In this document: positions 41,801 through 48,025 of the stretch, piece by piece | Layout of the letters: the number at the start of each line of letters is the position of its first letter | Position numbering within the stretch: position 1 is the stretch's first letter | Virus record (IMG/VR): IMGVR_UViG_3300029305_004474 | Location: 1 to 64,000 of that record | Origin: a virus | Taxonomy: Duplodnaviria; Caudoviricetes | Length of the DNA stretch: 64,000 nucleotides | Reading direction: 5' to 3' (one strand) | Notes under the pieces: generated by a model | The model's database searches: none | What the model was told of the DNA's origin: nothing | Seen by the model: the letters and a program-made list of their open reading frames with translations, nothing else | Program-made: the position numbers and the translations under genes

Positions 41801-43526
41801 TTTCATTAAACGCATTGAATATATTTCTATATTTTAATGATTCGGTAGATTCATCAGATATAGTGGCATAAAATTCATTCATAGATCTGGTTATTTCATT
41901 TAACGATTCTTCTATAGATGCTTGAATCTTTGCACTATCCTTTTCACTTATCTTAGCATTACCTAAGAGAGTATTTATTCGCATTCTATACTCATCGGTA
42001 TACCCAGTACCTAAAGAACCATCGTCATTAATAGTAAACATTCTCTTATTTAAAAGATCATTAATACTATTAACTAATTTTGTAACATCGTAGCTACTTG
42101 CCCCGTTTCGTTCAAGACCTTTGATCAACCTGCTAACTGGTTCAGAAAATGCTGCGTTATTCATTTCAACCATCTTTACTACAAGATCGTCCATCAACTC
42201 TTCCTGAGTTTTAAATACACCACTATCATAATCGTAATATTTCATTGCAGAACCAGTAATAGAACTTTCAATAGATGCTAAATAGTTAGGAATTACTTGA
42301 GTCAATGCTGTTTGAGCTACACCATTCCACCCAATTACTTCATCCTTTCTACCTTTAGACATATCTATTCTAGTCATTTGAGGTCTTTTTATACCAAGTA
42401 ACCTACCAAGTAATATTTCTAAACCATTTCTTCCATTGGTTTCTAAATCACCCAATCTATATAAAAGATGCGTAATAGCAGACGTAATTTCTCTATCTGC
42501 GTCCATTAATTTAGATTTGGTATCTACACCAATAGCTCCTCCTACAATAGACTTTGCAAAAAACTTAGCAAAATCTTTACCCATACCTTTAACAGAACCA
42601 CCCACACCACCTCTAGCAGCTGGTGCATATGTGCTGGCTAAGGTTCTTATAGCATTTATGCCCTGACCCACGGTAGTAGTATCAAAGCCTTCTCTTACTT
42701 TCTTTTTATATTCCCCTATATTAAATCCAGCACCATCCGAAAAGAATTTTTCTAAAGGATTCTCTTCTGGAGAATGTTCTCTAGCAATACTATTGCTTTT
42801 ATTAGATGACATTTCATCTAACTTTGCTGCTATAGTAGATAATGCATTGGTAATATTTTCATTACTTGGAGATACATTTGTATTCATAAAATCTAATATA
42901 CTAGATAGCAAACTATTCGTGGTACTGATACCACTCTTCATTTCTGACAATCCGCCGTGAAGTATATTAGTTTGAGCCATGCTCATATTTTCAATAGTAG
43001 CAGCAATGGCTTTGGTACCTTCTAAATTTACATTGGCTAATGTATTAGTCATATTAGCATTGCTTTTAATTTGTGCCAGTCCATTTACATTAATACTGCG
43101 ATTTACTGCAGCCATAGCTTTAACACTTTGACTATTTGCATAATTAAAAGAATCATTACCCTCGTCACTACTAGAAAAACTATCCTCATCAAAATCCAAT
43201 GATGAATGTTCTAATTCCATAGACAATTGTCTACTTGAATAATTGGAGGAATCGATTTTATCAACTGCTTTTATAAAAGCACTTTGAATCTTCCTCCCAA
43301 GTTTAGTCCTAGCAACATGGTTGCTATATTTATCCATGTCCGATCTAACCCTATTCAATGATTGATTAAGAGTGTTAGATGCTTCGTTATGTGCAGATGC
43401 TAAGGTTTGAGAAGTATTTGGCATTACTTCTGTAACTACTTCCTTAGTAGACTCTGCTATCATCTGTGTCGCTGATTTGATACCTTTGACAACAGACCTA
43501 ACTGTAAGTGGCGGTTTATTAGCCAT
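29877..43526 (-). CDS. Tape measure protein/tail-associated lysin with 3 C39-like, NlpC/P60 and M23 domains
   Basis: 4549 aa; Gly/Ala-rich TMP repeats; two QxxPxW...GCGPTA...GHIV...DP domains plus one degenerate copy; YVWGG...DCSGL...HVGI; HRGTD...HVHYE. Confidence 0.88.
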   Translation of the reverse strand: MANKPPLTVRSVVKGIKSATQMIAESTKEVVTEVMPNTSQTLASAHNEASNTLNQSLNRVRSDMDKYSNHVARTKLGRKIQSAFIKAVDKIDSSNYSSRQLSMELEHSSLDFDEDSFSSSDEGNDSFNYANSQSVKAMAAVNRSINVNGLAQIKSNANMTNTLANVNLEGTKAIAATIENMSMAQTNILHGGLSEMKSGISTTNSLLSSILDFMNTNVSPSNENITNALSTIAAKLDEMSSNKSNSIAREHSPEENPLEKFFSDGAGFNIGEYKKKVREGFDTTTVGQGINAIRTLASTYAPAARGGVGGSVKGMGKDFAKFFAKSIVGGAIGVDTKSKLMDADREITSAITHLLYRLGDLETNGRNGLEILLGRLLGIKRPQMTRIDMSKGRKDEVIGWNGVAQTALTQVIPNYLASIESSITGSAMKYYDYDSGVFKTQEELMDDLVVKMVEMNNAAFSEPVSRLIKGLERNGASSYDVTKLVNSINDLLNKRMFTINDDGSLGTGYTDEYRMRINTLLGNAKISEKDSAKIQASIEESLNEITRSMNEFYATISDESTESLKYRNIFNAFNESTRRKAEAFDKASKARMSPRQFNSALGLDDGGYTASREDAFGKRIYDQIRKTGERDLLGGDEIGSAIGDAIKTIGEGITVRAFIPEFHREIYEENAERERIGLEKEGKIASSQADKFRKRSGYKFDEYGNIDYDSMNDAKNKSINMTIGESIATGRTENMIQGLVMSLHSNLLVPMYRDFFSKDGMIQKVFGDDPNSTLNLLREKLFGDEEGILTPMINWLKYQITGKGYTARDGTVYEDKDQNLLAYAKDLYGDFFNSSMVSLFDSDYAKSEQYQKYFRWASPEGLRDIKNSFGKYKDDLKIEAEYDAKLKSIRDRIIRNEVITSADLTLAKRMLNSVALLRDEHPGIYKRITKKNEDLFDELAGLGITMEFKKKKPRKFFGTGIGYYSQHNPLWSNIITGIMDNGEVSTMDNAGCGPTALSFLASLYHKNIKPGEILKIARENGFLSGGGATEDLFTKGASMIGLKGRKISFSAAIDNAKNGIPSIIAGKSRGLSSIFSKQGHIVALVGADDDKLAVMDPETGFISKQDMSKFKGVSDAFSYEKPLGFSNESSISSTQPQSTNINPSRTQRVNPIDTTNKVLSEINSKILPQKRTHILYNAIADIHELIYGAYYHLFGSPNQQIQGLTNSGQNLNIAQKSTTQVVKNEQNVHIYEAGYENATIGVTNAVINITGKALIKQIGEVIDQGDQINTQIPLPTPINELDSKIDAKLEETKNEQLKDEIQKLEDAITVGAGNASTIISDTIEDPKHFKDRFMRQMSQINAKYKDLPKSLAKGALAGGAIGLLHLGGRGLLTSMFLPTGLVGGAIVGLGTTLLAKSKTMNRILFGGEDKDGIMHEGIITKSQADAFKQAMPYAIGGATLGVLKHVIGGAIGLPTPTGLITGALLGTGPIGAGIVGLGLGILKNNETLQKKLFGTKGADNKRSGGILSGTLNATSKVVKSSSEYLKKGIKGAGFGLIGGAALAEMGLLGGALTLGGPVGMAIAGLGLGIASNTDRFNRYLFGDEYIDEEGVASRHKNGLIHRSMELIMDEAIIPMKHTIEDNLSDFGIWAKKNIELPFKLAFGPIADDFSKFKRELTDTVKETFDTVGENIIAIFSGGIERLLSPITRAVSGGFNLAGKATRYTAQFVGGAATMPLKLLALTQYRKRKQEDKAYRNALFDDLTGKWTVDDAGDKYNRRFGSLLRLRDRAKDLLGMGGFADEAVEAAARGEWGEGMDAAGRNRLGWFQALANYNLAKKKHDVEKQNRENFRQSERLASKWKKQDRYNEDMGWTDEVLDERVRQLRKLGIIGDGIKTESQVKEFMYRRKDWQSKYGEFGTENLLAKTLEAKIEESKTKDDAHKEATEKYQGKVLNILENIFEHLRVTSAARSADIVTEEVDKAIDTRNSRLYKKFNVTTKDIGMISKFLRGDIDLSEDILERFQEAQALAEAEGREFYIDKETYDRMMEQRKNVVNVKSYEEVIEEIRAEEKEEEIKLREEERKASIDNTDLFDDLLNRKIIPPFIHTELMREYKNEDFSSLNRLIDVVQDKYDYLYEGLKPKTSVDNDVDMTETMQEFTEANWVGEDIASRAIIHQADLESKGKKIGLHNWLATIKNLISDSIMDAYEDIDKEEDEEDLAEAELIREAEETAAAQALGAEAEEGKDHFADTHKRRWYDSFTTKKDGSMNLIGKGFNAVQKSWIGRLASGIFGFGVKVKDSPLLQAALMVGGFVFKDQIGAVIGGLAKGVKDVATEYLPDAINFVTDEAIPWVFSHVTDVAETAITVMWQSIPMLRDSLLDLGSTFLDWIGWNNKTTAYSAEDVNLNTGYTLDAKKLARWYNPETGEYEYITNKDGKYQVLDDYQYITDDGRIANISRGTGGNLARYGFQVIKNPSNAASGLKLVGRSLNATSSLVSWIPGIGRPFKLTKAAGKGMTELSKTMSKSLKEGGKKTTLDLLGEAADRQAGVFGSKYANRVMKDEITGISEELAKNLSGIDNLLVKNKKGRADSKNVKEIVELFRENGIKNGDSFYSSRDVAKIINTANEEQISNLRKQISSIYENRAKESVEDVVHGISKKAKFVDATKLVEEGTSEVLNRAGDIIRKSSDDIGVESAKGLINRLTTWVKKNAKKLFSKIIDDNVITAVVKRFDDFCTGFLGCSSKTLTNFAGSCASGVFKGASKMLPYIGIVLTAYDGIMGFANTETLFGVPEGMADGTMRIVSTFTNVILGTAVGAIFDIMLTIYSSVTGEDQKRKFAQEIYVTILETFGNDKALEDFSNAQAIMEKELENYNDAHVGGELTMDEYLELKEQSNSWWNKIKRSLGLKSAIEDMNIYATSAGSHNASNVGYNIIINNENYNTTVTSDNKEEVPGYGKAVVGYGFKNSSLTSYAQNDPRWANFKLGTLPNGNIATMQLAGCGPTALANISNATPLEVAQMAVNKGYITNGGANAKLFESGARDLGLEGKKISTNHVFSHLKNGEKIIVSGVSEYGGLFTEAGHIVTLESIDGNQVLVSDPLTGEISAYSMNKISPYLTNAWAYKDQYGKAKHIIDPIANESIGYGLYDSISAIDPYMNPEDIAYSNYKISHSEAAEYMKDVKRLIKPASLFSTDKKHKGEYKDFYNNAFSDSRLYTIDDIIGIKEGANNDSSEISILRKVIEEWWSNLSDTERKLELNRWLYSYNYRYNKGVNNFGSSLNNSIKSLGLNPKGYDIEAMIEFVLMPKVAKEIEKLTNSELMSIHTLHGYKNIDFDIYDEENVNKARMEIASDNLKAAIAECIEKVVASPNDPNVYLPSEDNAKGINPVVILKLNDPLYGGNESLNDSWLYSKITKYLNSPDLNGKTDEQKIALLSNYLGRVTSVDMSNNDYSTSSTRPYGVVNGIPYYSIHDNMWEELKWKNSPFSDQGHEIATLASILTTFNMFSGNGRAITPSYILGNWFTEEHPEWYNDKGILPTFYSSNGLQSLTETYVKDKPLQIEGTTKAKEMIKAMQDNKLVMLTPLGGSTSNEIFGGRSSNVVIGHSADETGSMFLVNDPQYPDRTSDIVLPNEALSSAGTISGIIFSNPYGKGLPEEPINDIDAPKFKKSIWETIKENAKGGLSALSSIFDAMTSMFDNLLASLLGDGKYKSIFSSEDEGEELSEEEAAKIAELSYLNSEEDMQQYLQSTYVSSKNNGKLSNRSNLNTLNLFDRSYVSFSDTAIEDMDDETLNILLEERSYKLSNAEKSAIINELAYRESSFLSEMRENINYLNAKNIIESNNKFVSLPEDKKKLFRNIIKYNINYSNADEETKKFIDLLKNRNIDIENDKNIYSERDLAVARNILEANESFNRSLFTNLDNIDISLDRVNNFKNIRLLSTEYYNDLINKNAGVVTNSSKSLEEFNRIYPETMKYNSGTRAIYEQKYFETFGEYPQIDESTYSRYNSTNYQNYLSNAKMYGPAGGEDDEYDLTTVTGVFGKFSSIIDTHLGKYLGSASGKKEMGEETDKPANILDKLTNTKWTANITGTPDTGDGKSAYGLVRYAVSLKNLGCRYVWGGSGKKLTESYYKSLKSIHAKEGTTHNAQYYREKFDMFGGGYVSDCSGLIRGYTGSTSHTANSLYNSSTDKGTISKIPNKYLYTPGILVFRKSTENSNMVHVGILMGDGNVIHTGGYCANSSSDVQIEKLSSNNWTHWGKSKYLNYATTSGQKETSPFTEVALGGENDFKTYIDDIRYSTPNEVAYLLNTLGGRITQTVGMNIDPTTGIISRHRGTDIAALYNTPIQSPVSGKIVENKSESYGSDYGNYVVIKDNTGKKHLIAHMNNASQYRIGSEINTGDILGYVGSSGRSTGPHVHYEVRQHEHIVDPLSTIDASKHGLTRSIKTNLNIMESKLDEVMSKNGSSLGGQDDILTMIGNSSNSDDRLNEVVDSLRDIVTLLTGWSTLDADSKNRILDAMDGITANNGSTVNLNTTNNTVNRSTDNDNSTNIGTNRSYRSTESALSSGGRSLHEIIARK

Positions 43527-43576
43527 ATAATATACCTCCTTTTACATTAATTATTATACTATAATACCATTATAGC

Positions 43577-43591
43577 TTAACCTCGTGTTTT
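43577..43591 (-). promoter_or_regulatory. Late promoter AAAACA-CGAGGT-TAA
   Basis: Exact AACA-N6-TA upstream of TMP. Confidence 0.75.
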
Positions 43592-43617
43592 AATGCTATT
43601 TATACTAGAAAAGGGGA

Positions 43618-43654
43618 ATAAAAACCCCGTGGGACATTTCCCACAGGGTTTTAT
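43618..43654. terminator. Hairpin bounding non-coding block
   Basis: ataaaaaccccgtggga-catt-tcccacagggttttat (imperfect stem). Confidence 0.6.
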
Positions 43655-45120
43655 CCGATCTCTATATATTTTTCTTTATGTTTTCATAATGATTCCGTAT
43701 TCCAACTTCAAAATATCTTTAACGACTGCTAATCTATAAATAAACCTACCTCATCATCCTGTCCTCACAAACATATCATATACTAACAAACAACTGGATC
43801 TATATTTTTACTGCACCAAAAACTATTCAACTTTTTGAAACTCATTTAAGAGCTTCTTAGAATAATTTCATTTTCCTCTTAGCAGATATAATATTAGATG
43901 CTGGGAATGTCTAACATATAATACATCATCCATAATCTGATGACTTGCCAAGTTTGCCTATATAATACTGCCTTATTTTGATAGGGAATAAACCTTCCTC
44001 TTTGATCAAAATTACTTCCATTAAATACAAAATCTATATTTCGATCTTTTAATCATAAGTTATATTATAATTTTTAAATAATCATTTATAAAGATTAATA
44101 GTCATCTCTAATATCTCCATTGAAGTACCACTTCAATTATTCTATAGGAGATTATAAAAGATTATCAAGATTTCAGTATATCTATTAATTATACATATAA
44201 AGGATTGGATACAGTATATCTGCTATATCGTTCTACTTTACGACGAATAATACTTATGTCTATATTCTATCTATCTAATTAGATATGGCTATTTACATAT
44301 CCTATATTCGTATTGAATATATACCCTTTATATTCTATATTGATATAACTATATAGAATATACTAAGTTAATTAGCAAAAGTAATACACCCTTTATCGAA
44401 ATCTTTATATTGGAATAATCTATATACCATATAGATTCTAATTAATTCCAATCTTATTAAGATTTATGTTAATGCTACATATATAAAAATTTCTATATAG
44501 GGGTTAAAAAAATAGGATTTATTCTAAATCCTATCTAAATAATACTATCCCCCTTCAAAAAACGGAGTACTGTTCCGCTCGTCATCTTCCTCATTCTCTC
44601 GCTTGTCTTCACTCGATGATTAATCATCTTCGTGAATCCATAGAAGCTCCTTCTCTCAGTCGATTTCCTCTCGTGGGTATTTCGCTCAGGTTTCCTCCCC
44701 ACTCGGGTCCCCTCCTATCGCTCCATTTAACATTCTCTGAGTTTGTATCGATATATTTCATATAGCAAACCTCATAATCATTATGTCTTCGCTTTCTACT
44801 ATTTAATATTCTATTTAGTAGTTTTATACTAACTCTCTCTTCCCTATTTCCTCTTCCCCCCTTCGTCCCCCCTCCTCCTCTTCCCCCTCTCTCTCTTTAG
44901 TAAGAAGTTAGTATAGGAATTTTTTTATAACATAGATTTCTGAATAAAAAATAAAATTGTGTACTACACTTAGGTAACCTTGTAAAGATGATAAGGTGTA
45001 CCATTGGTATGACAACATGTTCTTTTTCTTCTACTACAACATCAAAAAAATAAAGAACTTGTAAACATTTTTCGCCCGTTCTCCCCATTAGGATTGAGAA
45101 CGGGCTCTCTCCCTTAAAAA
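43655..45120. other. Long non-coding hairpin/iteron-rich block, candidate replication origin or large ncRNA
   Basis: No credible ORF; 11 CTATAT copies; many hairpins; C/T-skewed TCG-rich tract; polypyrimidine loop. Confidence 0.45.
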
Positions 45121-45122
45121 GG

Positions 45123-45164
45123 AAAAAAAGAGTGCAAGATAAATCATATCTTGCACTCTTTTTT
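45123..45164. terminator. Bidirectional terminator
   Basis: aaaaaagagtgcaagata-aatca-tatcttgcactctttttt. Confidence 0.8.
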
Positions 45165-45424
45165 GTTTCGTTTACAAAGCTTCCTAGTATTGCCAATAGA
45201 TACTTCGGAGAGGGATGATAGTATTCAATATAAGTAATGGGAATATTTATGGAAAAATATTTTTGATAAGGTAATATCAAGTTTTATCCCTCTCAACGTT
45301 GTATCTATTTACTAAAGCAACAAAAAAATACTAGAAAGGAGATCCCTACATCCAAAACCCAACAACAAGTTTCAGACACAAAGAAAGTTATCTAAACGTG
45401 ATACAAAAAATAGTATCACAAATA

Positions 45425-45452
45425 GCTTAGGTGGCGATGAAACCACCTAAGC
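45425..45452 (-). terminator. Hairpin after HU-like gene
   Basis: gcttaggtgg-cgatgaaa-ccacctaagc. Confidence 0.6.
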
Positions 45453-45461
45453 CAAACCCAC

Positions 45462-46010
45462 CTATTTAACTTCTGCTTTAAGCCATCCTGGTACTTTGTT
45501 ACCAGCCTTAAGCACAGATCGTTCCGCGGTTTTCATTGTTTTACCTGTTGGAACTTGAAGACCATTTTCGATCTTCTTTGTGGCTTCCACCTTTTCAGGT
45601 AAAATAGCCATTCCTAATGTTACTGTTGTTTCGTTTTCTTCCAATTGTGGAAGACGAATTTTTTTACCTGTTGAAAGATAATCATGCTGCACAACTTGTG
45701 CAACGTCCACGATTGCTTCTGCATGTTTCTTGCTAAATTCCATTGCATCTAATTTAGCAAGTTCATTTTTATCCACTCCAAATTTAGCAACCACGTCTTT
45801 AAGAGAATCTCTATAAGCTTTTGCTGGGTTTTTGGATACCACTACCGGTGAATCTGCCGACGGATTTGTATAGTAATCTACTTCACAATCTGGTTCATTA
45901 ATAAACGCCGTTGCGAGTTCTACATAATCACCTTTACTATATCGTGTAGATGTTTTTGCACTTTCATTGAGTGCTTTCATAATTTCAATGTATGACTTTG
46001 ACTTTGCCAT
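45462..46010 (-). CDS. HU/IHF-like DNA-binding protein with extended N-terminus
   Basis: C-terminal GKKIRLP...PTGKTMKTAERSVLKAGNKVPGWLK resembles the HU beta-arm (GxKVxL...PxTGxxIxIPAxxVxKFxxGxxLK). Confidence 0.5.
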   Translation of the reverse strand: MAKSKSYIEIMKALNESAKTSTRYSKGDYVELATAFINEPDCEVDYYTNPSADSPVVVSKNPAKAYRDSLKDVVAKFGVDKNELAKLDAMEFSKKHAEAIVDVAQVVQHDYLSTGKKIRLPQLEENETTVTLGMAILPEKVEATKKIENGLQVPTGKTMKTAERSVLKAGNKVPGWLKAEVK

Positions 46011-46098
46011 ATAATAATGTGCCTCCTTTTGTAAGATTACTTATAGTGTAAATGGCTATATAAGATATTATAGCCATTTACACCTACTCTAGTTTATT

Positions 46099-47211
46099 TT
46101 AAATTGTCCCATTCCTGTTTTTAATTAATTCTGGGATTGGGTTTTCTGAATGTGATTCAATACCAATCGGTGTATCAGAATACTCGACTTCTTGATATAT
46201 TTCTTCGGTTTCTGGTTCTAGCATTCTGGTTAATGCTACAGAAGCCTCGTTATCCAAAGGACCAGTGATATATTCTTCGTCCTCATCCTCTTCATCCTCA
46301 TAAAGACCTTCAATCTGTGAGGATAAATTCAGACAAATTTTTTCTAATCTATCTAAACGAAAATCCATGTTATTAGGTATAGAAATAGGATTGTTATATC
46401 CATTTGCTGTCTCTTTTGTCATAACAGGATGATTTGGTTGCTGGTTAGTTTGCATGGACAATATAGCACCAAGAGCAGATAAAACTTTTTCCATTTTATC
46501 ATTCTGCTCTTCCATTAATGCTGCCATTTGATTTTCGTCGTCGTCCTCTTCGTCCTCTTCGTCATCGTCATCTTCTAATCTGCGATAATTAACCTTGGAT
46601 GAGCCACGTTTACGACTATTAATAATTCTTTCAATATCATAATCCTCCTCTTCGTCCTCTTCGTCATCGTCATAATCATCATAAATATCAGACAAATAAC
46701 TTTCGTAAGTATTCCCGGAGTATTTTTTATTGAAATCTATCAACAATGAATACTTTTTCTTCGGTTTAGAACTATTAGAACCTTTGTCAATCCCAAGAAT
46801 TGAACGAAAACGCTTTATCGTTTTCTTATATATCTTATAAAGCTTTTCATATCTATTCTTGGTACCTTTACATTTTTTTCCCTTCTTCGTAAGACGTTTA
46901 ATCTTACGTTTTAACGACTGAATCTCTTTATCTAATTCAATTAGTGATGCTAATGCACCTAACTGGGATTCAGTATTAACGATATTTAAAATATCCATTA
47001 AATGAGCCCCATTGAATATGAGTCTAAGCTCTACATCATTTTTTATATTACATAACCTAGTGAAAAATTTTCTTTGACCTGTAATGTCTTTCATTACCCG
47101 GTCAAGAGCTTTTGCATTAATTGGTTGACCTGTATTATCACAGGCTAGTGCTACAAACGTTTCAGCAACTCTGCGATAATTCTTTTTATCAACTCTAATA
47201 CGTTTTTCCAT
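46099..47211 (-). CDS. Hypothetical protein, basic N-half and acidic low-complexity C-half
   Basis: 370-aa ORF with SD aaggag. Confidence 0.7.
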   Translation of the reverse strand: MEKRIRVDKKNYRRVAETFVALACDNTGQPINAKALDRVMKDITGQRKFFTRLCNIKNDVELRLIFNGAHLMDILNIVNTESQLGALASLIELDKEIQSLKRKIKRLTKKGKKCKGTKNRYEKLYKIYKKTIKRFRSILGIDKGSNSSKPKKKYSLLIDFNKKYSGNTYESYLSDIYDDYDDDEEDEEEDYDIERIINSRKRGSSKVNYRRLEDDDDEEDEEDDDENQMAALMEEQNDKMEKVLSALGAILSMQTNQQPNHPVMTKETANGYNNPISIPNNMDFRLDRLEKICLNLSSQIEGLYEDEEDEDEEYITGPLDNEASVALTRMLEPETEEIYQEVEYSDTPIGIESHSENPIPELIKNRNGTI

Positions 47212-47226
47212 ATTATTTCTCCTTTT

Positions 47227-47754
47227 CTAATAATCAGAATCTTCCTCTTCATCGAAATCGTATTCACTAAATTCCAATTCTTCATCTTCTGATTCTGGAA
47301 GTTTTATGTTTTCTTCTACCGCATCGGATATGATGCCCATTAATGATGACGCACTACTAGAGATATCCTGACCAGCAATTAAATTAGCTGGTGGTATTGT
47401 TATATCTAACAATTCATCTACTGCAGAATGTACTGCAGTCGCTAATACTACGTCATGAAAATCTTCAGCATACGCTAAAGAAGTATTTTCCAGTTCAGGT
47501 TTAATTTCTTTGAAGTCTTCAGCTAATTCTTCTGGAAGATAATCTTTAGCTGCATCCAACATTTTAGATATACTTTTTCGATCAAAATAGTCTGCTGTAC
47601 CGTCACCGAATACTTCATTTAATGTTTGCTTGTATTCTCGACGGTCTGCCATTGAACTTGGATTAGACAATGCCGCCAAATTATCAACGATTTGTTTTTC
47701 ATCTTCGGATAAATCTGAAGATGTGATTGTTTGAAGAAATTTTTTAAAGTTCAT
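47227..47754 (-). CDS. Hypothetical acidic protein
   Basis: 175 aa, SD aaggag, early promoter 47902-47911. Confidence 0.7.
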   Translation of the reverse strand: MNFKKFLQTITSSDLSEDEKQIVDNLAALSNPSSMADRREYKQTLNEVFGDGTADYFDRKSISKMLDAAKDYLPEELAEDFKEIKPELENTSLAYAEDFHDVVLATAVHSAVDELLDITIPPANLIAGQDISSSASSLMGIISDAVEENIKLPESEDEELEFSEYDFDEEEDSDY

Positions 47755-47793
47755 TTTTTGATTCTCCTTTTTGTATTTTTTGTATGAAAAAGT

Positions 47794-47856
47794 TTTATAG
47801 TTACAATGTAATTATTTTTAATAACCACATTGCAATTTTTGATTTATAGTTACAAT
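47794..47856. repeat. 14-bp direct repeat TTTATAGTTACAAT x2
   Basis: Exact copies at 47794-47807 and 47843-47856 in the leader of an early operon. Confidence 0.75.
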
Positions 47857-47991
47857 AATGAAACGTATCAAATACGTCTCACCCTATACACATTCAAGTT
47901 TATAATATATACTTAAAACGCTATTCGAAAGTTAATAAATGTGTATTTATAGGTATTATATTTAATATAATAAGCATTTACTATCAGTAAA

Positions 47992-48006
47992 AAAACACCG
48001 TTGTAA
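47992..48006 (+). promoter_or_regulatory. Late promoter AAAACA-CCGTTG-TAA
   Basis: Exact AACA-N6-TA upstream of RNAP gene. Confidence 0.75.
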
Positions 48007-48025
48007 ATATACTGAAAGGAAGGGT

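Noticed and set aside
29980-42666. Many 60-150-aa ORFs antisense to or overlapping the TMP and other long genes
   Set aside because: Shadow ORFs from codon bias; no SD, promoter or motifs
44897-45280. 127-aa minus-strand ORF from the track
   Set aside because: Runs through a strong bidirectional terminator, has no ATG or SD, and has an unnatural composition
43600-45460. CRISPR array or tRNA cluster in the long intergenic block
   Set aside because: No regularly spaced 25-40-bp direct repeats and no cloverleaf with T-loop consensus were seen
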